DNA of 64,000 nucleotides from an uncultured candidate division Zixibacteria bacterium (GTDB lineage: Bacteria; Zixibacteria; MSB-5A5; UBA10806; 4484-95): positions 1,088,001-1,152,000 of the forward strand of contig CAXXKA010000008.1 in NCBI GenBank assembly GCA_963668625.2. Direction: 5' to 3'. Both the position numbers and the translations under genes were made by a program. The notes beneath the pieces were generated by a model, which worked only from the letters and a program-made list of their open reading frames with translations, was not told the DNA's origin and made no database searches. Shown in pieces: positions 1 through 10,822 of this stretch (the stretch's first letter is position 1; every line of letters begins with the position of its first letter).

Positions 1-415
1 TGTCGAGCTCGATCGATTTGGCCTCGCTCTCGAACATCTTGAGAGGCGGTTCATACTCGAGAGCGCCCATACCTCTTTTACCGGTGTAACACAGGCGTTC
101 TACCGGCGTGATCGAACCCGGCGAGCGTCCCTGTTCGGCCAACCACCTGTTTACCAACTCGGTACCATATCGGTCGGGAAGGCTATCGGCAAGCATACCC
201 GGTAAGCCGCTGTATGTAATAAATCGCAAATCCGGAAATTCGAATATGGTATGACCGTCCAGGGCGCGACGAATAGGCATGGTAAGAGGCGCCAGATCGT
301 AGCCGCGTTTCAAGAAACCGCGATCATACTCGAATGAGGCGTACCCCGAATCGGCATTCCAGGCGACCGCCCCGACAAACTCGCCCCAGATTCTAACCTC
401 GGCAACATCGATCAT
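1..415 (-). CDS. hipA: HipA-family toxin kinase, N-terminal part (runs off window start)
   Basis: Manual translation from ATG at 415: MIDVAEVRIWGEFVGAVAW...FEYD...LAPLTMP...GLPGMLADSLPDRYG...RLCYTGKRGMGALEYEP, typical HipA N-terminal motifs; lies directly downstream of an XRE gene. Confidence 0.9.
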   Translation of the reverse strand, partial: MIDVAEVRIWGEFVGAVAWNADSGYASFEYDRGFLKRGYDLAPLTMPIRRALDGHTIFEFPDLRFITYSGLPGMLADSLPDRYGTELVNRWLAEQGRSPGSITPVERLCYTGKRGMGALEYEPPLKMFESEAKSIELD

Positions 416-437
416 AGTAAATGTCCGTCGTCCATTG

Positions 438-770
438 CTATGTATTTTTCCGTGGATGAGAGGCTCGTTGGCGTTTGTTTTTACTCATGCGCAGCCTTTC
501 CAGGGGGCTTATTTTGACATCCTCGCGAAATCCATTCAGGATATCGAGCTTATCCATAGCCCGTAATACACCCACTATAGTCAGAAGAGTAGCGGCCCGG
601 CCACCCTCGAGGCGACTAATGGTTACCCGGTTTAGTCCCGATATCCGAGCGAGTTGCTCCTGGGACAGATTACGGTTTAGCCTCATTTGCTTGAGATTGG
701 CGCCAATCTCTTTTACAATCGCTGGATCGGCCATTGCCCGCCAATCGTTTTTGTTGCTTTCCGTATACAT
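438..770 (-). CDS. XRE/HTH_3 regulator, probable HipB-like antitoxin
   Basis: LKQMRLNRNLSQEQLARISGLNRVTISRLEGG XRE helix-turn-helix; C-terminal SP...RQRAS; upstream of hipA. Confidence 0.85.
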   Translation of the reverse strand: MYTESNKNDWRAMADPAIVKEIGANLKQMRLNRNLSQEQLARISGLNRVTISRLEGGRAATLLTIVGVLRAMDKLDILNGFREDVKISPLERLRMSKNKRQRASHPRKNT

Positions 771-806
771 AATCAGTAATATCCTTTTGTATTGTAGCTT
801 GTATGT

Positions 807-835
807 ATCATATACTAATATTCGACTGAAATCAA
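807..835 (-). promoter_or_regulatory. sigma70-type promoter of the antitoxin-hipA operon
   Basis: TTGATT-N17-TATGAT on the minus strand, ~37 nt upstream of ATG 770. Confidence 0.55.
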
Positions 836-1207
836 GATTTATTTATGGGAATATTATAATTAAAAGTTATATCACTACTGTCCGGCCTTTTCATCTCGTT
901 GTGAAGCGCTGCTTCGCAACGTGGCTTGTTTGCCGGCAGAATGCGCACTCTACATGGCTCAAGAAGGTCCCCAGGCAGCGCTTTGAAACCAGGGAACTAA
1001 GCCTAACATCGACAGGACATATCAGGATACATGATACGCTGAATATCGGAAAATATCTTTCACTAACAATTCCAAGGAGAAATTTACTGAAAAACACCGG
1101 ACACTAGTGAAGTTATATGTAGAATCACTCCTACATTTTAAAGTCAATTTAGCCATGATATTAAATTTATAGAATCCCCCCGGAAATCGATAATTTGCAT
1201 TTATTAA

Positions 1208-2272
1208 TTATCCGAAAAGCCATTGAATACGCAAACCCAGATCGATAATGATATCCATCGACAGCTCCGAATCGATTATGGCCAGGTTGGTGGTATCGGA
1301 GTTCATATGATCAGCCCTGAACAGGAATCCCATCGAGGGGCTCAAATATAACTTGCTGATATTACCTCCGCCGATTAATCCCGATAAGTTTATTCTGGGA
1401 CTCCAGTATAAATCCATCAACATACCGAAACTGCCCTTGCTTTTGTATAACATATACTGATCGACATCCCCCAACGGCTCGAATTTCACCGATCCCATCC
1501 TGAGTAGAAAGTAAAACGAATCGGTGTCGATCAAGCCGAATACGCCTTTTCCGGTGAGCCTGGTGTCGACTATAAGATCGCCGGTTTGCCCCTCGCCGGT
1601 GGAGGCCGTAAGGATCGATTCATGCGGCTTTTTCAGTACCGATCTGTATATACCGAAACGTATATATTTATTCTCAATGATGTTCTTTTTTAATATGCAT
1701 AAATACCAGTCCTTGAAATCGGCCTGAAACTCGAATGAATCATCGAGATCGAGATATGTCATCACGCCATTACGGTCGGCGAATACGGATTGCTCCACGG
1801 CGATCCCAATGCCCTGGAAATAATTTCGACGATAATCGAATCGAAGACCCGAGAGAAATCTGATGAATCCGTTTTCACTACCGACACCCAGCGGCAACAA
1901 ATCGAGATAGATAAGGTAGTCCTCGAAAGAACTGGTCCCGCTTTCGTTTTTTCTCAATATGATATTATGCTCCGGCGTGTCCTCGAACGGCCGTTGAATT
2001 CGTCCGCCGAAGAAGCGGTTTTTATTCAGAGTGAGGTTGCCCTCTACTGTCCAGGAGGCGACCGGCTCGGATTCGTAGTCGATGGCGTGGCCGGTATACT
2101 CCTCGTCATCGTCATCATCACTGGTAAACCAAACACTGAAATGCGACCTGGCTTTGATATCCGTGCCCACATCCATTCCGAAAAGATCGATTGCCACAGC
2201 CGGATTGACTTTTACGAGTAGAATTACCAGCGTTATTAGTATCCAACATAAGCGTTTATCGCGTACTATCAT
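1208..2272 (-). CDS. hypothetical exported protein, possible outer-membrane beta-barrel
   Basis: 354-aa ORF with GAGGAGG RBS, signal peptide (..PAVA|IDL), amphipathic strands, C-terminal LGLRIQWLFG. Confidence 0.6.
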   Translation of the reverse strand: MIVRDKRLCWILITLVILLVKVNPAVAIDLFGMDVGTDIKARSHFSVWFTSDDDDDEEYTGHAIDYESEPVASWTVEGNLTLNKNRFFGGRIQRPFEDTPEHNIILRKNESGTSSFEDYLIYLDLLPLGVGSENGFIRFLSGLRFDYRRNYFQGIGIAVEQSVFADRNGVMTYLDLDDSFEFQADFKDWYLCILKKNIIENKYIRFGIYRSVLKKPHESILTASTGEGQTGDLIVDTRLTGKGVFGLIDTDSFYFLLRMGSVKFEPLGDVDQYMLYKSKGSFGMLMDLYWSPRINLSGLIGGGNISKLYLSPSMGFLFRADHMNSDTTNLAIIDSELSMDIIIDLGLRIQWLFG

Positions 2273-2552
2273 TATGATTTGCCTCCTCGATTAAATGATC
2301 GTAAAAAAGCGATTCTCAAATGTATTGATTTTGTTATTTTGTAGCAATGGTTTTTATTGTATCTATAATAAAACGTATTACTCTCCGGAAAAGTCGTCGG
2401 AGGATGGAGCATTTTATGGAGACGAGTGATTAACGGGGGTTATTGGGCCGAATGATTAAACTTTGTGGGCAGGTTTCGTGTATAATATACAAACGATTAA
2501 TCGTATCCCGTACCGCCGGGGATAAATTAAACGGGGGATATCTTAGATATTC

Positions 2553-3458
2553 GTGGCAGACAACAGTTTAATACTATCATCGAAAAACACCGAAAGAAAG
2601 GTGCTGATAGTTGCGCTTGTTTTATCGCTTCTATTTCACCTTTTACTCCTGTTATTTATCAAATTCGACCTGTTCAAGTTTTTTGATATTCCCGAGGCGG
2701 CGAAAGATACTCACGAGCCGGTTACTTTCGTATTTCCCGAAAACAATCCCCGGCAGGTGGTTGAGAATATCAATGAGAACGGTGAAAAGCCGGATAAATC
2801 GGATCTGCTGTCGGATAATGATTCCCGAGCCAGAAGCGATATACTGATGGAACAGCGAGGTGACCAGCCATACAGCGAGGGCAACACCGATCTCATGAAT
2901 ATGTCGAAACCCGAGGCCATGGCGGAGCACCAAAATGATATAACGGAAAATTTCAGGGAGAGCGAGGAGTTCTACCGCGAGGCATTGCTAGAGGATGATG
3001 GCGCCGGAGCTGTATCAAAAACCAACCGTCAAAAGTATGTCGCGCCTCGCATTACTCCCGAGCGAAATAACAGGCCGGGCACGAATAATATGCTTAACCA
3101 GAGGGACTTATCCTCCGATTTGCTGGGTGATATTTCGCTGAGCACTTACGCCTGGGAATGGACTCCTTATATGAATGCGTTTAAAAGAAAGCTGTACGAA
3201 AACTGGCGGGTACCGAGTGGTTATTACCTGTTCGGTATCAAAGGCAAAACGATAATCGAGTTCACGATAGATCGTTCGGGCAATCTCGTAAGAAGTCAGG
3301 TTCTCAGTCACGAGGGACATGAGTCTTTAAGAGTATCGAGCGAGCTGGTGATAAAAAAATGCTTTCCCCTTCAACCCTTGCCGGTTAGCTTTCCTGATGA
3401 TTCACTAAATGTTCAATTCACCCTGCTATACCCCGGGGTGGAGAAAAGGATTAGGTAA
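2553..3458 (+). CDS. tonB: TonB/TolA-family energy transducer
   Basis: N-terminal TM with SLLFH motif, long polar linker, C-terminal TonB_C-like domain (KLYENWRVP...IEFTIDRSG...PLQPLP); adjacent to exbBD. Confidence 0.8.
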   Translation: MADNSLILSSKNTERKVLIVALVLSLLFHLLLLLFIKFDLFKFFDIPEAAKDTHEPVTFVFPENNPRQVVENINENGEKPDKSDLLSDNDSRARSDILMEQRGDQPYSEGNTDLMNMSKPEAMAEHQNDITENFRESEEFYREALLEDDGAGAVSKTNRQKYVAPRITPERNNRPGTNNMLNQRDLSSDLLGDISLSTYAWEWTPYMNAFKRKLYENWRVPSGYYLFGIKGKTIIEFTIDRSGNLVRSQVLSHEGHESLRVSSELVIKKCFPLQPLPVSFPDDSLNVQFTLLYPGVEKRIR

Positions 3459-3459
3459 T

Positions 3460-4131
3460 ATGCTGGAGTTTTTCTCGAGAGGCGGTTTCATGATGTATCC
3501 ACTGGCGCTATCCTCGCTGGTGATGGTAACTATTATCGTGGAGCGGTTATTCATGCTAAGGCGGTCGAAGATTATCATAGCCGAGATAATTGGCGTGGTC
3601 GAACAGTTTAACTCGCGCAAGGACCTGGATTTGGCCAAGAAAATATGTTCGCGATACGAGGGGCCGTTGCCCAATATCGTGAAGCTTCAACTGGAAAATA
3701 TCGATCTGGGCAAGGATGATACCAAAGAGCTGATCGAGGATCAGGGCCGTCAGGAGATAAGCCGCCTGGGGAGAGGGCTGGGGGTACTCGAGACGATCGC
3801 CTCGATAGCGCCTCTTCTGGGATTGGCCGGTACGGTACTGGGTATGATAAAAGTCTTCGGCGTGATCAAAGAACAGGGAATCGGCCAGGCCTCGGCTCTT
3901 TCCGGAGGTATATCGGAGGCGTTATTAACCACCGTAACCGGCTTGTTTATCGGCATACCGGCGCTGGTGTTTTTCAACTATTTCTCACATAAGTCCGAAA
4001 AGTATACGCTGGAGATAGAGAAATACACCTCGACATTATACCGTAAGGTTAACCTGATGAAAAACTCCGAGGGCTCGATGGAGGATAACATGTCGGACTA
4101 TGGCATTCAACCATCTAAACACGAAAAGTAG
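3460..4131 (+). CDS. exbB: MotA/TolQ/ExbB proton channel
   Basis: GGFMMYPL; LETIASIAPLLGLAGTVLGMI; GISEALLTT.GL.IGIPA; ATG at 3460. Confidence 0.92.
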   Translation: MLEFFSRGGFMMYPLALSSLVMVTIIVERLFMLRRSKIIIAEIIGVVEQFNSRKDLDLAKKICSRYEGPLPNIVKLQLENIDLGKDDTKELIEDQGRQEISRLGRGLGVLETIASIAPLLGLAGTVLGMIKVFGVIKEQGIGQASALSGGISEALLTTVTGLFIGIPALVFFNYFSHKSEKYTLEIEKYTSTLYRKVNLMKNSEGSMEDNMSDYGIQPSKHEK

Positions 4132-4137
4132 CCGCCG

Positions 4138-4542
4138 ATGAAATTAGCCGTAAAAAACAAACGTAAAGCCGGATTGAACTTAACGCCTCTCATTGACGTG
4201 CTTTTTATCCTGATTATATTTTTCGCCGTATCCTCCACGTTTTTAGAACAGCCGGGTATAGAATTAAAACTACCCGAGGCCGAAAGCGGCGTGGATCTTC
4301 CGATGGAGAAAATCGTTATTCATATAGATAAGACCGAAAAATTGTACATAAACGATAAAGCCGTTAGCCGCGAGGAACTTGCCGATCAAGTTCTGGAGTT
4401 AATCGGCGATGAGGGCGAGAAAAGCGTGACATTGAACGCCGATACGGAGGTTCATCACGGCGCGGTAATATCGTTAATGGATGATTTACGCAAGAAAGGC
4501 ATATACAAGATTACTGTCTCCACGGTCAAACCCTCATTATAG
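4138..4542 (+). CDS. exbD: ExbD/TolR biopolymer transport protein
   Basis: NLTPLIDVLFILIIFF; LNAD...HG.V..LMD. Confidence 0.92.
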   Translation: MKLAVKNKRKAGLNLTPLIDVLFILIIFFAVSSTFLEQPGIELKLPEAESGVDLPMEKIVIHIDKTEKLYINDKAVSREELADQVLELIGDEGEKSVTLNADTEVHHGAVISLMDDLRKKGIYKITVSTVKPSL

Positions 4543-4578
4543 TTTTTTAACATTTCCCTTGATTTTCATGAAATTTAT

Positions 4579-4605
4579 TTGTATCTGCAACAATTGCAGT
4601 TGCAA
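4579..4605. promoter_or_regulatory. tandem palindromic operator, probable MarR sites
   Basis: TTGTATCTGCAA (4579-4590) and TTGCAGTTGCAA (4594-4605) directly upstream of the MarR gene. Confidence 0.55.
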
Positions 4606-4624
4606 CACGTAGGAGGGGATTAGT

Positions 4625-5074
4625 ATGGTTAGCAAATCGATAAAGATGAAATTCGAAGGGCTGTTCAAGGAGATATTCCTGACAGTATTCCAATTTAAAG
4701 AGCGAACGCGCAGGAAACTTCTGGATAATAATTTCGAGATGTCATTCGAACAGTCTATGGTGCTTTTCCTTTTAGAGGCGAATGAGGGTCGAAGTATGAC
4801 CGATTTAGCCTGTCGCTCACCGAGAGACAAAACCACCATGACAAGGATGATAGACGGATTGGAGAAAAGCGGGCTTGCCAAGCGGGTACCGTGTAAAACG
4901 GATCGCCGCCAGATAAATATCTACCTGACCGGCAAAGGCAAAAAGAAAATCGAGGAAATTAAATCTCTTAAGCCGGATACTCTGGATGTCGCTTTCAAGG
5001 GATTGAAATCCGAAGAACTGGCAACGACAATTAGAACTTTACGGAAAATGCAGGAGAACCTGAAGGAGGGTTAG
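4625..5074 (+). CDS. MarR-family transcriptional regulator
   Basis: DKTTMTRMIDGLEKSGLAKR...DRRQINIYLTGKG. Confidence 0.92.
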   Translation: MVSKSIKMKFEGLFKEIFLTVFQFKERTRRKLLDNNFEMSFEQSMVLFLLEANEGRSMTDLACRSPRDKTTMTRMIDGLEKSGLAKRVPCKTDRRQINIYLTGKGKKKIEEIKSLKPDTLDVAFKGLKSEELATTIRTLRKMQENLKEG

Positions 5075-5087
5075 ATTCATTTATTGG

Positions 5088-5099
5088 TTGTAGATGCAA
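5088..5099. promoter_or_regulatory. third copy of the putative MarR operator
   Basis: TTGTAGATGCAA between the MarR gene and the efflux adaptor. Confidence 0.5.
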
Positions 5100-5176
5100 T
5101 ATTCGTGAGAACTAATTAAGCCCCCCGCTAGTTTTCGTGTCTGAATAAATTAACGAGAGATAAAGGAGATGGCAGA

Positions 5177-6289
5177 TTGAACAGGATTAAAAGCGCTTTA
5201 ATAGCCGGATCGATTATTATATTGGGTATTCTTCTTTTTATGATTTTTAGTAGTCAGAAAAAGCCGATGAAAATGAATCCCGGCGTGAAAACGGAAAGAG
5301 AATTAAAAACTATAATCGCCGAAAACCAACCGATCGAGCTCGATTTTAAAGTGAGCGGTACCCTTCACTCGCGCGATAAAATAGACCTGTACGCCGAGGT
5401 AAGCGGCACATTGGAACAGGGAGGCAAGCAGTTCAAAGAGGGAGTTGCTTTCGATAACGGCGAGGTCGTATTTCATATTAACGATGATGTTTATAAAAAC
5501 ACGGTACTGGCGCAAAAAAGCAGTTTTTTGAATCAGTTAACGCAGCTACTGCCCGACCTTGAAATCGATTTCCCTAATACTATCGATACCTGGAATAACT
5601 ACCTTGATCGATTCGATTTCGATAAACCCTTAGCGCCGTTACCAGAGCCCTCCAACAGCCGCGAGCGAAACTACCTGGCGGCGCGTAATATCTATAATCT
5701 TTTCTATACTATCAAAGGCATGGAGGCGACCCTCGAGAAATACACCATGCGCGCCCCTTACGACGGTATAGTTACCGAGTCGAACCTCAATCCGGGAATG
5801 CTTGTCAGGAGCGGCCAGAAATTGGGCGAATTTACCAGTACCGATATCTTCGAGCTGGAGGCCTCGGTTGGCCTGGCCGAGATAAGGAATATAAAACGCG
5901 GCCAGTCCGTGAAACTTACATCGGATGATATACCGGGCGAATTCAAAGGTGTAATTCAACGGATTAACGATAAAATCGACCAGGCCTCGCAAACATTGAT
6001 GGTTTACATTACCACCTCGGATAAACGTTTGAAGGATGGTATGTACCTGACCGCTCATATAACGACACGTACCATTGAGGCCGCGGTTAAGGTGCCTCAG
6101 AGAGTTCTTGATAATGATATAGTATACGGCCTTCAAGATTCCGCCGTTGTCAGGCATGCCATTGAAATTATCGGAACCGAAAACGGCAACGTAATAGTCA
6201 CCGGAATTCCTGATGGCGTGGTGATTCTGGATGAGGATATTAAGGGTGTCGCCGGGGGTACGAAACTTTCAGAGATAGCACTGGATTAG
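5177..6289 (+). CDS. RND efflux periplasmic adaptor (MFP)
   Basis: N-terminal anchor; AEVSG; RAPYDGIV...PGMLVRSGQKLG; LKDGMY. Confidence 0.88.
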   Translation: MNRIKSALIAGSIIILGILLFMIFSSQKKPMKMNPGVKTERELKTIIAENQPIELDFKVSGTLHSRDKIDLYAEVSGTLEQGGKQFKEGVAFDNGEVVFHINDDVYKNTVLAQKSSFLNQLTQLLPDLEIDFPNTIDTWNNYLDRFDFDKPLAPLPEPSNSRERNYLAARNIYNLFYTIKGMEATLEKYTMRAPYDGIVTESNLNPGMLVRSGQKLGEFTSTDIFELEASVGLAEIRNIKRGQSVKLTSDDIPGEFKGVIQRINDKIDQASQTLMVYITTSDKRLKDGMYLTAHITTRTIEAAVKVPQRVLDNDIVYGLQDSAVVRHAIEIIGTENGNVIVTGIPDGVVILDEDIKGVAGGTKLSEIALD

Positions 6290-6297
6290 GGGGCTGA

Positions 6298-9200
6298 ATG
6301 CGGAATGTCATAAGGCAATTTATCAAATATCCTGTTCTGGGAAACGCTATAATTGTTCGCGGTTTTACTGTTCGGTATTATAACTTTTCGAACGACTCAA
6401 ACCACCTTTTTCCCCGATGTCGAGAGCCATACTATTTACATACAGGCCGCTTACCCGGGCGCCTCTCCCGAGGAGATCGAGGAAGGTATCGTCCTGAAGA
6501 TCGAGGATAATCTTAAAGGCGTTACCGGTGTCGACCGGGTCACCTCCACTTCCAGCGAGAATTCAGCCAGTATCACTTTAGAATTATTGAGCGGTTATGA
6601 TATTAACGAAGTCCTTCAGGATGTAAAAAATGCGGTCGACCAGATAAGCTCGTTCCCTGTCGATATGGAGGAACTCGATCGTATACAAGCAGGAGATGCT
6701 CAATTTCGGCGTCAGTTTCGTGATTAGCGGCGACGTCGATCTGAAGACTCTCAAAGAGACCGCCCGTAGAATCGAACGCGACTTGCTCAATTTTCATGAT
6801 ATATCGAAAATAGAGATAACCGGCTTTCCCGATGAGGAGATCGAGGTAAGTATCCGCGAAAGCGATATGCGAAAGTTCGGATTGACTTTCGACCAGGTCT
6901 CGACCGCTATAAAAAAACGCCAATGTGAAATTGACCGGAGGCACTATCAAAGGCGCCAAAGAGGAACTCCTCGTTAGGGCGGATGCCAAGAAATATTACG
7001 CCAAAGATCTGGGTAATCATGTAGTAAAAGCAACCTCGGACGGAACGATAGTGCGTTTGAAAGATATAGCCACCTTAAGCGATAGATGGGCCGATAGCCC
7101 CAATCGTATCTACTATAACAATCAAGCCGCTGTCCAGATTAGTGTGAACAATACCAATGAGGAGGATTTATTCGTAAGCTCCAATTATGTGTTGGAATAT
7201 GTTGATAAATTCAATGCCGAGCATGATAAGATAACCGCCAGTGTTATTCGCGATGGCTCTAAGATAGTGGGCGAGCGTGCCAATATCCTCATGAAAAACG
7301 GTATTATCGGTTTGGTGGCTGGTTTTACTGTTCCTGTCGCTTTCGCTGAATACTCGCCTGGCTTTCTGGGTTGTCCCTGGCAATTCCCGTCTCGTTTGCC
7401 GGTATGTTCATGATCAGCCCGTTTTACGGTTTCACTTTCAATGTGATGTCGCTGATGGCTTATGATCCTGGTGATAGGGTATACTGGTTGATGATGGCAT
7501 TGTTATAGGTGAAAATATTTATCAGCAGTACGAGAAAGGCAAAAATCCCCTGGAGGCGGCGGTCACCGGTACGATGGAGGTTTTGCCGGCGGTGACCTCG
7601 GCTATTTTTACCACGACAGTGATTTTTATGACATTCTTCTTCCTTGAAGGCAGGATGGGGCGATCGAACCAAAGATATCGCATTTGTCGTAGCAGCCACC
7701 CTGTTATTTTCGCTGGTCGAGGGGATTTTCATATTGCCTTCCCATATAGCCCACTCCAAAGCCCTGCGTACCAAGCAATCGGATAAAAGTAAGCTGGAGA
7801 TTTTCAGCACGAAGGTACTTCAATGGTTTAAGATTAAAACATATATGCCAATGTTAAAATTCTGTATCAATCATCCATTTATTGCCCCTGACAATTCCGA
7901 TCGCCTTATTCATGATTACCATAGGTGCGATCAAAGGCAGGCAGCGGTTATCAAAACCACCTTCTTCCCGGCGCTGGAGGCCGACTATGTAGCGATTAAC
8001 CTGGAGATGCCTGCCGGAACCCCCGATGCGGTTACCGATAGTATTCTTCAGGATTTGCAAAAATCCATAGTGGCTGTCAATAATGATTATATGGATTCGC
8101 ACGATGGCGATACGCTCATCACGGCGATCACCCGAAGAGTTGGGCCCAATACGCATGAGGGAACGATATCCGCGCCGCTTATAGAGGGGCGTTATCGTGA
8201 TTGGACCAACACTGAGGTTGCCGGTAGGATAAGGGAAAATATAGGCGTGGGTCGAGGACGCGGAACTTCTCGAGGGTGGATGACGGCGGTGGTTTTTTTC
8301 GGCAAGCCCGTGTCTATCGTATTAAAAAGCGATAATCTTCAAAAACTGCAAGAGGGCCAAGGATGTCTTGAAGATAGAGCTAAAGAAGGTCGGCGATTTA
8401 GCGGATGTCATCGATGATAACCCGCCCGGTCTTCGCGAGGTAAAGGTCACCCTGAAAGATAAAGCATTCGCTCTGGGATTGACTGCCAATTCGGTGCTAA
8501 ACCAGGTTCGTGGCGGCTTTTTCGGCAGCCAGGCACAGCGCATACTGCGTGGGATCGATGAGGTGAAGATATATGTTCGTTACGATATGGCTGATCGTTC
8601 CTCGATAGATGATTTACGTAGTATGAGAATCAGGACAACCGACGGACGCGAGTTTCCGTTGGAGGAGATCGCCACATTCGAGATCGACCAGGGCGTTATG
8701 TCTATCAAGCATATCGACGCCCAGAGAGTGATAACGGTAGAGGCTAATATATCCAACCCCAGTGAGTCGGTTACCGATATCCTGGCTGACATTTCGACCG
8801 ATATCATGCCGGGGATCATCGAGCGGTACCCCGAGGTAGATTTCGCTTTCGAGGGCCAGAGCCGTGAAAGCGCCAAGACCACCTCGGCTATGATGATGGT
8901 GGTGCCGGCCGTGCTGGTGCTGATGTTTCTCATCATCGTAGTCACTTTCAGGTCGTTCATACAGGCGGGCATGGTTATCATACTGATACCGTTTAGCCTG
9001 ATTGGTGTTGCCTGGGGGCATTTCTTCCAGGGCTATTTCATAAGTATGCTCTCTCTTTTCGGGACGATTGCCCTGGCTGGTATCGTTATTAATGATTCGC
9101 TGGTGTTCGTGAACGCATTCAACCGGTATCTGAAAGCCGGTATGAAATTCAAAGACGCTTTATTGGAAACCGGAGATTCGAGATTCAGGCCGGTTCTTTT

Positions 9201-9477
9201 GACCTCCCTGACCACTATTGCCGGGCTGGGCCCGTTAATTTTCGAAAGCAGTTTTCACGCCCAATTCCTTTCCCCGATGGCGATTTCGGTGGCTTACGGT
9301 TTGTTATTCGGAACCGTGTTGACTCTGTTATTATTACCGGCATTGATGGTAATAGTTAACCGTTTCAAGATATGGACCGGGCGTGTATTTGCCGGAATAG
9401 AGTTCACTCCAGAGGCTGTCGAACCGGCGATGCGTGAGGAAAGATTCACCAGGGAACAAAATATTAAAGAGGTATAG
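6298..9477 (+). pseudogene. AcrB/CzcA-type RND permease broken by ~15 single-base insertions (likely sequencing error)
   Basis: Consecutive fragments carry RND motifs (YPGASPEEIEEGI, ILVDDGIVIGENI when re-framed, GIVINDSLV, RFRPVLLTSLTTIAGL); removing the inferred insertions gives ~1054 aa. Confidence 0.85.
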
Positions 9478-10775
9478 TGATGAAGATAAAAATCATGTTT
9501 ACGCTGTTTGTCGCGATTGTTATCTGCTTACCCGTGTACGGGCAGGAGATGCTCTCTCTGGATGATGCAATCGTCATCGCGCTCGAGGGCAATCATGATA
9601 TTCGAATCGCCCGCAACGATCAGAAGATCACCGATAACCAGGTAGGCCTCGGAAACGCTGGACTGCTGCCGAAAGTCGATCTGGTTGCGGTCAGCAGGTA
9701 CCTCGATGAGACACTGCCCGATTCGTTAGCTGGGGTAACTACCCGGACAACAACCAATACTGCCCAAATACAGGCCAGCTATACGCTGTTCGATGGTTTA
9801 AACAATATTTATACTTACAAGCTTCTAAAAGCAGGCGGACAGCAGGGGGAACTTCAAAGCAGAAACACAATCGAGCAAACCGTTCTTCAGGTTAGCCAAG
9901 CGTATTACGATGTTTCGAGCGCTTACGAACAACTGACAATCACACGCGAGGCGCTGGCAATCTCCAACGATCGACTGGCGCGCGCGCGCAAACGCGCCGA
10001 ATACGGCCAGGCCAACACTATCGAGGTACTTTCCGCTGAGGTCGATTTGAACACCGACAGCACCTCCGTTTTGAATGCGGCGCTGGCTTTTGATGAGGCT
10101 CGCCGGAATTTAAACGTACTTTTGAATCGTGATATAAACACTGAATTCGCGGTCGATACGGATGTTGATTATATCGATAATCCGGGGCTGGAATATTACA
10201 ATAACCACGCTTTCGAAAATAATGCGAGCTACCTTATGGCGCTTAACTATCTCAAGCAGGCTAAATACGGCCTGGCCATAGCCAACTCCAGTTTCCTTCC
10301 CGAATTGAGCCTTTCTGCATACTATGGCTATATGCAATCTTCTCCCGATTTCAAGATCGATTACAACGATCCGATTAAGGACATGTCGGTTTCGGCGACT
10401 CTGAGTTTCAACCTGTTTAACGGATTCCGCGATAAGATCAACCGCCAAAACGCAAAACTTTCGGTAAAAAATAACCAGTTGTATATAGATCAACTGGAAT
10501 TGCAGTTGGCCGGCGATATCATAAATGCCCACAAACTATATGAAAACAGTCTTACCGTATTGACGCTTCAACAAAGTAATTTGCGATCGGCGGATCTGAA
10601 TTTCAGTCGTACCGAGGAATTGTTCAATTTGGGGCAGGCTACCACCACGACATTCAGAGAAGCGCAGCTTAATTTGATACGGGCAAAAAGCAATATCTCG
10701 ACCGCCAAGTTCAATGCCAAGCTAAACGAGCTGCAATTACTCAGGCTTTCGGGTTTGTTATTGAGGCAAATTTAA
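9477..10775 (+). CDS. TolC-family outer membrane efflux protein
   Basis: Signal peptide, LSLDDAIVIAL, LLPKVDL, YTLFDG, duplicated OEP repeat; last gene of the RND operon. Confidence 0.9.
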   Translation: MMKIKIMFTLFVAIVICLPVYGQEMLSLDDAIVIALEGNHDIRIARNDQKITDNQVGLGNAGLLPKVDLVAVSRYLDETLPDSLAGVTTRTTTNTAQIQASYTLFDGLNNIYTYKLLKAGGQQGELQSRNTIEQTVLQVSQAYYDVSSAYEQLTITREALAISNDRLARARKRAEYGQANTIEVLSAEVDLNTDSTSVLNAALAFDEARRNLNVLLNRDINTEFAVDTDVDYIDNPGLEYYNNHAFENNASYLMALNYLKQAKYGLAIANSSFLPELSLSAYYGYMQSSPDFKIDYNDPIKDMSVSATLSFNLFNGFRDKINRQNAKLSVKNNQLYIDQLELQLAGDIINAHKLYENSLTVLTLQQSNLRSADLNFSRTEELFNLGQATTTTFREAQLNLIRAKSNISTAKFNAKLNELQLLRLSGLLLRQI

Positions 10776-10822
10776 CTGATACGAGTAAAAGCCAGCCTTT
10801 ATAAGAAGGAATAAAATCATCC

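Noticed and set aside
904-983. Inverted repeat AAGCGCTGC / GCAGCGCTT in the intergenic region upstream of the antitoxin gene
   Set aside because: Only 9 bp with a 62-nt spacer and no target duplication or second copy; not enough to call a MITE or ncRNA.
475-1107. 210-aa plus-strand ORF and the many other antisense or alternate-frame ORFs in the track
   Set aside because: They overlap well-supported genes, lack RBS and family motifs, and read as shadow ORFs.
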